Source of the DNA: a virus
IMG/VR virus record: IMGVR_UViG_3300008120_000061
Coordinates: 11,942 to 75,941 of that record
Reading direction: 5' to 3' (one strand)
DNA: 64,000 nucleotides
In this document: piece by piece, positions 9,501 through 18,661 of the stretch
Layout of the letters: the number at the start of each line of letters is the position of its first letter
Numbering within the stretch: the first letter of the stretch is position 1
Translations under genes and position numbers: made by a program
Notes under the pieces: model-generated
Seen by the model: only the letters and a program-made list of their open reading frames with translations
Database searches by the model: none
What the model was told of the DNA's origin: nothing

Positions 9501-12500
9501 CTTGCTGTAGATCAGGCTAGTGGAGCTTTAGCTGCTACTTCTTTTGAAAAAGATTTGGCAAGAGCTGCTTTTTTACAAGATATATTAGAAAAAAATAAGG
9601 AGTCATATGACGCTAGACTTAAGTTCGAAACTGATGTAAACGAAGTACTAAAGGCCGCCGGTAAGGATCAATTAGGATTACAATCTGAAATATTCTCACT
9701 AGTTGGTAATACTGGACAAGCTCGTTTAGCTGAGATAGACGCAGCCTACGGGTTAAATGGTGCATTATCTAGCCTTAATACCCTTTCTTCAGATGCATCT
9801 GAAGAAGCTAATAACTACAATGACGCATTGAAAGTTGTTAAGGTAACTGCTCTAGAAATATATGAGGCACTACGTAAAGGCACTGAAGAATTTGATAAAC
9901 AACTTAAGCAAGTAGAAAGAGATATTTCTGAATTTGTAGCTGAAGATAGAATAGTAAAACTAAGATTAGAAGCTGAAACCCTAAACTTAAATTATGAAGC
10001 TGTACAAGCGCAATTAGATGCACAGATAGCTTCTCTACAGTCTCAAATAGATATAGTTGAGGCATTAGCAGATTTAGATAATTTTGCTACTGTAGACTCT
10101 ATTGTGGCCGAGGTTAACGCTGCTCTAGCAAATACTAAAGTTCAAGTTGAGGTACCGAAAGAACTTCAAAATTTAAGCGCAGTAGAAGCAGCTAAAACTG
10201 TAACACAAAAGCAATATGAAATATTAGCTTTACAAATTGATGCAGAAAACAAGCGCTACTTAAATGAACTTCAAAATATAGCTATTGAAAAAGATATATT
10301 AAAACAAGAATACGCTCTAGAAGTGTCTAGAAGAGAAGCCGAGAAACAATCTAGATTAGCAGAGATAGAAGTTCAAAGAAATAATTTAACAGCCTTAGCT
10401 AGTACCTATGTTAAAAGTCTAACACAGCAAGAAGGCATAAATCAAATTTTAGTAGAAGGCTTAGCTAGAGTATTTTCTGAAGGAGCTTCTAGAATAGCTC
10501 TTGCAGTGGGCGCTGCGGCTCCTCCTGGTATAGCTGTTCCTAAAATGGGGCTGGGTGAGGCCGCAATAGCAGAAAATATTACAGCAGCTGCAAAGGCTTA
10601 TGCTCCAGCATTTGATAAATTAACATCATCTATTGAAGATTTTTATTCTAAAACTGCCTATGCAGCTGCAGAGAATCATGCGACAGCATTAGATAATTTT
10701 GACGAGCAAGCAGATGCTGCTGCAGCTGCTCATGCAGCTAACCTAGAAGGTTTTAGAAACGATGGTATAGCAATTGGTATTGCTGGTCGTCAAGCATTAA
10801 AAACTATTGCAGATGAAAATGCTAAACAAGCCGAAGACGATGCAAAAAAGCGTGCCGAAGCTTTAGAAGAAATGCAAAAGATTATAAATGAAACCGGAGA
10901 AAAGATAAAAGAACTCACTAAGCAATTAGCTCAGCAAATTTTAGATACTCTTGGAGGAGTTGTTACTTCTGTTATGCAGAAAAAAGTTGATCTTTTAGCT
11001 GCTCAAGAAACTATGATTTCAGATACATTAAGTCTTATATCTGCTAAAACAGAAGAGGCAAGTAATAAGTTACAACAAACTTTAGAAAAAGAAAACTCAC
11101 TAAGAGAAGAGGTCGCCTCTAAGACTGAGGCTGTAAATAAATCTTATACTGATTTTATTGACGCTTTAGTAAGCAGTGACGGTAAAATACAAGAATCAGG
11201 TAAGGAATATGTTTCAAGACTATTAGAACAAAAAAATTCTATAATGGAATTGAATAAAGCAGGATCTGCTAGAATAGCTCAAGAAGGAGCTGCCAAAACT
11301 CTAGAAGAAATGAAAATAGATTTAGAGAAGCGTTTAGAAGAAGTAACTGCTAATCGCATTAAAGCAGACGAAAAACTACAAAAGACACAAGAAACTTTAT
11401 CAGTTTTGAGTGATCTACTTAATAGTAAATTTACTCAAATGACATCTACCATAACTCAACTTTCTCAAGCTATAGGAGCTTTTAATTCTATGGGTGGAGT
11501 AGGTGGTGCTGCTGGGATCGGTTTTCAACCGATTGTAAATAAATTTGCTGACGCAGTTAAGCAGTTTAATAAAGCTGCCGAAACAGCGGGTACAGCCTCT
11601 AAACAAAGTACTGAAGCAAGTACCAATATTGCAGGCGCAGGTAAGAACATAGCAACAGCGTTTAATCAAAATGTTGTTAAAGCTATGGACCTATTTGGTG
11701 CGGCTTTAGATGGTTTTAATCTTGGATCAATGATAGGGCAGCTAACTGGTGATATGGGTATGGGAAGTTCTATAGGCGGCGCTATTGGCGGCATAGTATC
11801 TGCTATACCAGCCTTTAGTAATGCAATAGCTGGAGCAATAACTGGTGCTCTTGGAAAAGGATTTTTTGCCACAGCATTAGGTGCGGCAATCCCAGTATTA
11901 GGTCCTATCATAGGCGCTTTACTAGGTGGGTTATTTAGTAAAAAACCTAGAGGACAAGCTCAGGGCACATTAACTTCTGAAGGCTTTGAAACTACTAGTA
12001 TGTCAGGTAGAAAAATAGATGTTAAAGCTTTAGCTAGTATAGCTGAAGCGTCTCTTACTGGGGTAATATCTTCTTTAGCAGCTGCAGGCATATCGTTTTC
12101 TGACACTGTTAATACAAGCATTAGCTATTATAAAAAAGGAATTAACGGTGCAACCTTAGAATTTGCTAACGGTTTTAAAGCATCGTTTGAGGGTGGTACT
12201 GCCGAACAGGCTGGAAAATTCTTTGTAGATTCTTTCTTTCAGGGATTAAGGATTGGCAGCTTAACTATTGACGAATCTATGCCGGCAGCCGATAGAATCC
12301 AAGCTGCTATAGATAGATTTGCAACTCTAGCAGACGTAGCTGAAAAAACAGCTGAAAGACTTGATAAAGCTATTCAATTTGCTTCTGAATTTGATACTTC
12401 ATTAGCAGAACTAAGCGGTACTGGTTCTTCAGTTGCACAAATATTTAAAGCTATAAATAATGCTGCATTAGCTAATGCAAATAATGTAGGTAGATACTAT

Positions 12501-15500
12501 TCTGATTTCTTAGCAGACACTAAAGAAGTATTTGGTGAAGCTAGTTCTGAGTACGAAGAAGCATATAATTCTGTAGTAGATAATGCTTTAGCTCAAATAG
12601 GTTTGGCTAAGGACTTAGAAGGTAATATTATTTCTGTTGCAGAAGCAATGAAAGGTTTAGCTATTGCTAACATACAAGCTTTTAGCACTGTACTTGAAGA
12701 ATTAGAAATACCTGATGTAGATACTATTATTACTCAAGCTATAAATGCTAAATTAACTACTTTAGTAACTGACGTTGGGGATGCTTTATCTAGCAGTATA
12801 GAGAAATTAAAAGAACCAACATATGCTGCTGCATTTGAGCTTAGAGATATGCTGGAAGAAAGTGCTGCTAGAATATCCGACTTACAAGGTATCTATGACC
12901 AACTTAATAAGGAAATTGGAGAAGGCACAAATGTAAATGCTGATATAGTTACAGGCGCCGCAGATAATATTGCTAAAGCTACAGAATTAGCTGCCTTGCA
13001 AGTTGACGCCTACATAAATACTCTTGATAAATCTGGCCTAAAAGCTATCATTACTAATGAAGCATGGGGTAACGCGGCGGCACTAGCTGCCGCGGAAACT
13101 CGTTTAGCTACTATACTAGAGTATGAGCGTATCCAAGCTATAGTAAAATTTGTAGAGGTTAGCAGAAATTTTAGAAAGAAATTAGCTGAAATATCAGGCC
13201 AAATGGTAGACATTTCAAAGATACCTATTTCATTTACTGCCATAACTGATGTTATGAAAGCATTTGACCAACAAGTAAGTACTAGCTTAACTAATAGTTT
13301 TACAGGTTTTCTTAATAGTATAGGTAAGGGAGAAGACATTACAACTAACTTCGAAGATGCTATAACTCTACTAAATGATAATTTTATTAGTGGTGAATTA
13401 GATAGTATTGCGTATGCAAATGGTCTTGAAATGCTACAAGAAGTATCGGTTTCTGTGTTAGAAGAAATTAAATCTATGGTAGACGAATATGAGTCTCTAT
13501 TAAATCAAATTGCAAACTCCTATACTGACTCAAAAAATACTGTTATATCAGCCATTCAACAATTAGGTGAAGATCTTATATCTTTAACTCAAAACATAAC
13601 AGACCAAACTTCAGAGATTTTAGGTATTTATGACGATACTCTAGCTAGCGTAGCGGAATCAGGAAATGAATTATTTGATTTACGTGACACAGCTAAAGAA
13701 GCATTTTCTACTGCAGCTAAAGCTGTTGCAGAATTTGAAAAGAGTAATAAACTTAGTGGAAAATCTTCTGCAGCACTACGTGGAGAAATTGTAAGTGTAC
13801 AGTCACAATTAGATCAGTTATTAGCTGGAGGATCTTTAGATTTTGCTGGATTTGCACAGTTTACAGAATTAAGCGCTAAGCAAAATGCCTTAAAGAAAGA
13901 ACTTAAATCACTTGTCACTGTTGAAGCTGAATATGAAGCTTTACTAGCTACTAGAAGTAGTAGTCAAGAAGATTTAGCATTCGTAGAAGCTACTCTAGCT
14001 ACGTTAAATGATGAACTAATAGATACTCGTGTAAAAGAATCAGATATAATTAAAAAAACTAAAGATTCAACACAAACTTTTCTAGAATCACAACAGGATC
14101 TAAGAACAATAACAGAACTTCTTTCAGAGTCTAATTTTAATTTAAATCAGGTTAGAATTGATGAAGAGTCTGTGATAAATAGAATGAGAGCTGCGTTAAA
14201 CGAGTTTAATAGAGATACTACATCTTTAACAGAAATACTAACTGTTGTAGGAGGCGTAGCTGGTGCTGCACTAAGAGATTCATTTATTGAGGCAGCTAGA
14301 CAAAATGCTGAAATTATGTTTGCAAGTTTAGCTGATCCAATAAGAAATCAAGAAGTAGCCACAGCTGTACAAGGAGCTTCTGATGCTTTTACACAACTTG
14401 AAAATTTAATAGGTAATATAGCTTCTTATTTCCAACCAGCAAATGCTATATCTCAAAGTTTAATAACTGTTAGTAATGCTAGCATAGCGCTAACTGATAG
14501 ATTTGAAGAATTTAGTGATGACTTAGTAAGATATTTAGATCAAGAAGGACTTTCTCAATTTTATGGTCAAGGTGGAATATTCTCACAATTTAGGGATTCC
14601 CTACTTACTACTCTACAAACAGATGGATTTGACGTTCTAACTGCTTCTGGCGGGCCTATGGAATCATTTAACCTAAACTTAATGACCATAGGTACTGCTA
14701 TAAATACTCTAACACAATCTGGAAATTTCTTAAATGTAAGTATACAAGCGGTTGAAACTTCTTTTGGTAATTTAATTTCTGCTGTAGGTACAGACCTAGA
14801 AGGATTAACTAGTGCTTTTGTAGGCCTTTCAGTAGTTAATCAAACAATTGGAGATATAGAAACTGCTGCACTACAACTTATATTAGAAGATGTTGGACAA
14901 ATTGGAATAGCTATGGATAGTCTCGGCAATTTAGATGTAAATTTAGATGCATTTACATCTTTAGACGAGCTGTACGGATCTATACTAGTAGTAGAATCAA
15001 CATTAAATAATATAAATTTTGAAGTAGCTGCAACAAGTGCTGTTAATTCTATAACTAGTGCTATAGAAGTAGTTAATAGCAGTATACAGGAAATAAATAT
15101 TGACCCTGCAACACAGAATATAATAGGACAAGTAAATTCTTTTGTTACTGCTATTAATAGTACTTTACAAGCAGTTAATATAAATGTAGATACTACAGGA
15201 ATTGTTAATTCTGTAACTACTGCTCTAAGCACTCTTAATAGCACGTTACAAGCAGTTAATATAAACGTGTCTGCTACCAGTGCTGTTAATTCTATAACTA
15301 CTGCCATAAGTACTATTGATAGCACTTTACAAGCAGTTAACGTTCAAGTAGGCACTACAGGGTTTGTTAACTCTATAAACACTGCCATAAGTACTATTAA
15401 TAGCACTTTACAAGCAGTTAATATTAGCACGGCTGCAACAAGTGCTGTTAATTCTGTAACTACTGCCATAAGTACTATTGGTAGCACTTTACAAGCAGTT

Positions 15501-18251
15501 AATATAAACGTGGCTGCTGCCAGTGCTGTTAATTCTATAACTACTGCCATAAGTACTATTGATAGCACTTTACAAGCAGTTAATATAAACGTGGCTGCTG
15601 CCAGTGCTGTTAATTCTATAACTACAGCTATAGGGGTGGTCAATAGTGCCATAGAAGAGTTAAATATTGATGCAGTATCAAGTTGGGTGTTAGGCCAGAT
15701 AAGTACTTTTATTAGCGCTATCAACAGTGATCTACCTGATACTAATATTAGTGTTAGGGCTAATCAAATTATAGGGCAAATTGTTACTGTTATTAGTGCT
15801 TTAGACTCTGGCATATCTAATATAAATTTTGATGTAACACTCGGATCAGCTGTTCAAGAGATTATAAATATACAAACTACTATTAATAGCGCATTAAATG
15901 GTATAACTTTTGGTGTTAGTATAGCTAATATTAATTCTACAATAGCAAGTATACCAACATCTATTAACACTCAATTAAATGGCGTAAATTTTACTGCTAG
16001 TGTAACTAGTCTTAATGCTAGAATAAGTAGTATGCAGACATCTATCAATACTCAATTAGATGCAGCAACTTTTGCTACTAATATAGATAACTTAATATCT
16101 AGAATAACGGGTATAAGAACAGCTATTACTACTCAATTAGACGCTACAACTTTTTCTCCTAACGTACCTAACTTAGTATCTAGAATAAATCAGATTGGAG
16201 TTCTTACAAATACTGGACTAGACGCTGTCAACTTTACAACTAGTACAACTAACTTTGTTAACAGAATAAATGGAGTAGGGTCTGCCATAAATACCTCGTT
16301 AAACGCTTCAACTTTAACAAATATAAAAGAAACTTTTGATGCGCTATTAGCTGTATTCGACACAGGAGCAAATACTTCTATATCAAACTTTAAGACATCT
16401 ATTGATGCTTTTAAAGACTTAACCCTTCAAATAAATAGCGTGACTGGTTTAGCCGCTCAAATTAATGCTTTATCTAATCCTACTACAGGAGCTACTGCGA
16501 CTCTTATTACTAGATTTAAAGATTTACAAACACAAATTCAAACGTTAACAGGTACTACTGGAGTAGAGGCTCTAAGAACTCAAATAACCAAGATAGCAAC
16601 AGATTTAGCTACTGCATGGGGTAAGGTAAAATTAGAAGTTGATAAGTTAGATACTGATATTAGTGTTACTGTGGCTAGTACTCTTTCTAGTACTGATTCA
16701 GCTACTCTAAAGAGAATTGCTGATAATTCTGGTAAGGCTAAAGTTCTAGATAAGTCAGGTTTAAAATATACAACAGTTGCGTTAGCTGAAGGGGGTCCAG
16801 TATCTGGCCCAGGTACTAGTACTAGTGATTCTATCCCTGCAAGACTATCTGACGGAGAATATGTTATCAAGGCTTCTTCAGCTAAAATTATAGGTAAAGA
16901 TATTCTATCTATGATAAACTCTGGAGCTAGTATGGAAGAAATTTTTTCTAAATTAGGTAGATACAACGATACAATGGTGGCACATATAACACCAGAAGAA
17001 GCTGAGATGCTAAAACGTGCTGGTGGTAGCGGTACTAGAAACCCTCGTACTGGTCTATATGAATTTTTCAATCCTGAAGCAGGTGCTTTAGTATATGGTG
17101 GACTATTTGATGCAGAAGAAAAAGCTTACCTAAATACTGCATATGGCACAGATGCAAATGCGGCTAATACTATGTATAAAGATGGTGCGCATTTCGGAGC
17201 TGTAGCTTCACTTGCTAACAGTAAGAACAGTTATCAACGTGGATTCTTCACAGTAAACCCTCTTGCAAAAGATTACGGTCTTAAGACTGAAGATCTGTTT
17301 GATAGTACTGGGTGGGCTACCGAAAGAAAAAGAATAAACGCAGTACATATGGGTTTAAATGATATGAGAAATGCTAGAGAAAAGAATTTAATTGGTGAGT
17401 TAACTTCTGGATATGGTGGTAAAATTGAAAAGAAGAAGAAAAACTGGCTTAATGCAATATTGGGAGCAATTGTCGGAGCTATTTTAGCAGTTGTTACCGG
17501 TGGTCTTAGTCTAGTTGCTGGAGCTGCTTTAGGCGGAGCCGCCGGCCTTGCACTAACTAATAACAAGCTATCTGTAGGCGCTGTGGCGGACGGCGTAACT
17601 GCTGGATATAAGGATAGCAATAACTACAGTGTTGACGCAGACAGAGCTAATAAAGTACTTGCAGAAGGTAAGCTACTTAAACAATTTGATAGATCCAGTA
17701 ATTTAAATCTTAGATCTCCTGCAGTGGGCAATAGTGCTCTAGGTTCTGGAGACGATAGTACTAGCCAAGATTATTTTGCAAAGACAGTAGATAAACTGAA
17801 TAGCATAGATCCTCTTTTCTTTGATTTTTATATGTTAGGGGATGCTAAACGTGCTCAAGCTGCTAAAACAATATATGGTAATATAAGTGCCTACGATAAA
17901 ATAACTAGTGATAATCGCGCTTATGGTGGTCTAGTAACAAAATCTGCACAAAAAGGTATGCTAGGTAAGAGAGACTCCGTCTCTGCAATGTTAGAGCCTG
18001 GAGAGTTTATACTTCGTAAACCTATAGTAGAAAAACTTGGTATAGATACCCTAAACAAAATAAATGCTGGAAGCGGGGATTTTGGTGGGGATGTAAATGT
18101 AGAAGTTAATATTACTAATAATGGAACTCCTGTTAACGCTATTGCAACACCTGTAGTAAGACGTGAAAACGAAAAGATTATTGTTGATGTTATACTTGAA
18201 GATATTAGAACTAACGGACCTATTCGTCAACAAATTAGGAGTATAAGATAA
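6552..18251 (+). CDS. Tape measure protein, 3899 aa
   Basis: Follows the chaperones; T5 pb2-like N-term ('GRSFAAQSQGLGGLVGAYAG'); Ala/Leu-rich helical; hydrophobic Gly-rich segments; 'GGPVSGPGTSTSDSIPARLSDGEYVI' motif. TTG start. Confidence 0.92.
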   Translation: MALIKNIIQTQFTSTGSGAVNKQVETLNKNQTRLAQSSASAGRSFAAQSQGLGGLVGAYAGAAATTFALQQAFSKLAAAARAEQTLEGLKSLATASGESSSILLKNVREITKNQLTLAEAAQQINLSLSAGFDQRQIEGLATVAIKASRALGRDLTDAYTRVIRGSAKLETELLDELGIYTKIGPSTRAYAAALNRSAESLTEFERRQAFVNSVIAEGNRKFSSINTTIPTSAERLEAFGVKIVDVATQMGILLANYLAPLADFLTNNFAGSLAAVGTLLALISKTAVGALGSAIGKLETKIESFTSKTSGWLAKNGGDWQGYSKKAQEAMQSVNTQMRGLNKAEQSQLSALRETSKQRALTSSELKSANDILKKREDSLTTLTATQTKELAVLTASRAAGKLSQDQTKALDTTINNLTKRLEINQAILASTTAQTKLFGAAQAATGARIAAVTATVASGFSTLVVGTVSAGRALLGLTSGFLGVVSIASLVGSSIAGLMGKQEAYNALLKEGALALGAFFNPGAGNSTQESFNALAAAALEDMSKVDATLRDIDTFKIKDKVFGISVDVEKTKEDLVREVGAIFEEVAKDGQKTFTESFASGSAATGGLLGYIFGGSIIRGIASFVTARGLTMLGGALGTAFGGPIGTAVGAAIGAAAGAAFEYYFSKSLDDLDPQALEDALITVGRRVYNDPEAFAGINETLAQALYKIEEQYGALAEASFAGREYYRIMVQVAEAIGDSSNNLEILTDLSKALGISIVDLKKNFTDLTSGNGNIQLIPKLDIPDISLPALTITIQDEKAVLSRLATISDIANELASSYFITPEQTNSVLTLSNAIGDLAAITQTASTDILLANNNLQSFRNAVDDGSITLEKFAENEAAVSKSLIRAGAALDVAKDKLAELKDQRAAAEELGIPTQLLEILNEEIRLQSSIVAEISKGIGATQERLGILLTESQALRDQLKIKENITTLFDAELKTKLDLLAVDQASGALAATSFEKDLARAAFLQDILEKNKESYDARLKFETDVNEVLKAAGKDQLGLQSEIFSLVGNTGQARLAEIDAAYGLNGALSSLNTLSSDASEEANNYNDALKVVKVTALEIYEALRKGTEEFDKQLKQVERDISEFVAEDRIVKLRLEAETLNLNYEAVQAQLDAQIASLQSQIDIVEALADLDNFATVDSIVAEVNAALANTKVQVEVPKELQNLSAVEAAKTVTQKQYEILALQIDAENKRYLNELQNIAIEKDILKQEYALEVSRREAEKQSRLAEIEVQRNNLTALASTYVKSLTQQEGINQILVEGLARVFSEGASRIALAVGAAAPPGIAVPKMGLGEAAIAENITAAAKAYAPAFDKLTSSIEDFYSKTAYAAAENHATALDNFDEQADAAAAAHAANLEGFRNDGIAIGIAGRQALKTIADENAKQAEDDAKKRAEALEEMQKIINETGEKIKELTKQLAQQILDTLGGVVTSVMQKKVDLLAAQETMISDTLSLISAKTEEASNKLQQTLEKENSLREEVASKTEAVNKSYTDFIDALVSSDGKIQESGKEYVSRLLEQKNSIMELNKAGSARIAQEGAAKTLEEMKIDLEKRLEEVTANRIKADEKLQKTQETLSVLSDLLNSKFTQMTSTITQLSQAIGAFNSMGGVGGAAGIGFQPIVNKFADAVKQFNKAAETAGTASKQSTEASTNIAGAGKNIATAFNQNVVKAMDLFGAALDGFNLGSMIGQLTGDMGMGSSIGGAIGGIVSAIPAFSNAIAGAITGALGKGFFATALGAAIPVLGPIIGALLGGLFSKKPRGQAQGTLTSEGFETTSMSGRKIDVKALASIAEASLTGVISSLAAAGISFSDTVNTSISYYKKGINGATLEFANGFKASFEGGTAEQAGKFFVDSFFQGLRIGSLTIDESMPAADRIQAAIDRFATLADVAEKTAERLDKAIQFASEFDTSLAELSGTGSSVAQIFKAINNAALANANNVGRYYSDFLADTKEVFGEASSEYEEAYNSVVDNALAQIGLAKDLEGNIISVAEAMKGLAIANIQAFSTVLEELEIPDVDTIITQAINAKLTTLVTDVGDALSSSIEKLKEPTYAAAFELRDMLEESAARISDLQGIYDQLNKEIGEGTNVNADIVTGAADNIAKATELAALQVDAYINTLDKSGLKAIITNEAWGNAAALAAAETRLATILEYERIQAIVKFVEVSRNFRKKLAEISGQMVDISKIPISFTAITDVMKAFDQQVSTSLTNSFTGFLNSIGKGEDITTNFEDAITLLNDNFISGELDSIAYANGLEMLQEVSVSVLEEIKSMVDEYESLLNQIANSYTDSKNTVISAIQQLGEDLISLTQNITDQTSEILGIYDDTLASVAESGNELFDLRDTAKEAFSTAAKAVAEFEKSNKLSGKSSAALRGEIVSVQSQLDQLLAGGSLDFAGFAQFTELSAKQNALKKELKSLVTVEAEYEALLATRSSSQEDLAFVEATLATLNDELIDTRVKESDIIKKTKDSTQTFLESQQDLRTITELLSESNFNLNQVRIDEESVINRMRAALNEFNRDTTSLTEILTVVGGVAGAALRDSFIEAARQNAEIMFASLADPIRNQEVATAVQGASDAFTQLENLIGNIASYFQPANAISQSLITVSNASIALTDRFEEFSDDLVRYLDQEGLSQFYGQGGIFSQFRDSLLTTLQTDGFDVLTASGGPMESFNLNLMTIGTAINTLTQSGNFLNVSIQAVETSFGNLISAVGTDLEGLTSAFVGLSVVNQTIGDIETAALQLILEDVGQIGIAMDSLGNLDVNLDAFTSLDELYGSILVVESTLNNINFEVAATSAVNSITSAIEVVNSSIQEINIDPATQNIIGQVNSFVTAINSTLQAVNINVDTTGIVNSVTTALSTLNSTLQAVNINVSATSAVNSITTAISTIDSTLQAVNVQVGTTGFVNSINTAISTINSTLQAVNISTAATSAVNSVTTAISTIGSTLQAVNINVAAASAVNSITTAISTIDSTLQAVNINVAAASAVNSITTAIGVVNSAIEELNIDAVSSWVLGQISTFISAINSDLPDTNISVRANQIIGQIVTVISALDSGISNINFDVTLGSAVQEIINIQTTINSALNGITFGVSIANINSTIASIPTSINTQLNGVNFTASVTSLNARISSMQTSINTQLDAATFATNIDNLISRITGIRTAITTQLDATTFSPNVPNLVSRINQIGVLTNTGLDAVNFTTSTTNFVNRINGVGSAINTSLNASTLTNIKETFDALLAVFDTGANTSISNFKTSIDAFKDLTLQINSVTGLAAQINALSNPTTGATATLITRFKDLQTQIQTLTGTTGVEALRTQITKIATDLATAWGKVKLEVDKLDTDISVTVASTLSSTDSATLKRIADNSGKAKVLDKSGLKYTTVALAEGGPVSGPGTSTSDSIPARLSDGEYVIKASSAKIIGKDILSMINSGASMEEIFSKLGRYNDTMVAHITPEEAEMLKRAGGSGTRNPRTGLYEFFNPEAGALVYGGLFDAEEKAYLNTAYGTDANAANTMYKDGAHFGAVASLANSKNSYQRGFFTVNPLAKDYGLKTEDLFDSTGWATERKRINAVHMGLNDMRNAREKNLIGELTSGYGGKIEKKKKNWLNAILGAIVGAILAVVTGGLSLVAGAALGGAAGLALTNNKLSVGAVADGVTAGYKDSNNYSVDADRANKVLAEGKLLKQFDRSSNLNLRSPAVGNSALGSGDDSTSQDYFAKTVDKLNSIDPLFFDFYMLGDAKRAQAAKTIYGNISAYDKITSDNRAYGGLVTKSAQKGMLGKRDSVSAMLEPGEFILRKPIVEKLGIDTLNKINAGSGDFGGDVNVEVNITNNGTPVNAIATPVVRRENEKIIVDVILEDIRTNGPIRQQIRSIR
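15024..15630 (+). repeat. 81-bp (27-aa) tandem repeat in the tape measure gene, about 7 copies, decaying further to about 16300
   Basis: Unit VNSITTAISTIDSTLQAVNINVAAASA; the DNA AATATAAACGTGGCTGCTGCC recurs at 15501 and 15582. Confidence 0.9.
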
Positions 18252-18661
18252 TGACCGCCTTTCCTACGAATGCTACATATACCTATAATGCTATAGTTTA
18301 TTCTATGGTTAACAGACGACCTGATAGAAACTATGTGTATGTTCAGTCATTTGATAATGCCATTTTTACATCTCAGGGCGGGTATGAACGTAGAAGACAA
18401 ATATCTCGTAGACGCAAACGTACTTTTAACTTTGTATTCAACAATATTAGAGGAGTTTATAAAGAGGCAATAGAAAATTTTTATAATTCTAGGGGAGGAA
18501 CCTACGAATCTTTTGAATTTGATTTGTCATATGCAGGGCAATCTGGTACAATGATATCAAGATTTAGTGGGGACTTAAATATTACTCAAGTAATTGCAAC
18601 AGATAACCCACTTACTGATATTTACAACGTAACTTTTACAATACAGGAAGTATTTTCATAA
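18251..18661 (+). CDS. Distal tail protein (lambda gpM-like)
   Basis: Immediately after the tape measure; 'GGYERRR', 'IENFYNSRGGTYESFEF', 'FTIQEVF'. Confidence 0.75.
   Translation: MTAFPTNATYTYNAIVYSMVNRRPDRNYVYVQSFDNAIFTSQGGYERRRQISRRRKRTFNFVFNNIRGVYKEAIENFYNSRGGTYESFEFDLSYAGQSGTMISRFSGDLNITQVIATDNPLTDIYNVTFTIQEVFS

Noticed and set aside
15024-15630. Repeat as a CRISPR array or DGR template
   Set aside because: It is an in-frame coding tandem repeat without unique spacers, and no reverse transcriptase is present.
11415-18233. Several minus-strand ORFs within the tape measure gene
   Set aside because: Antisense shadows; those at 14840-15724 only mirror the 81-bp repeat.
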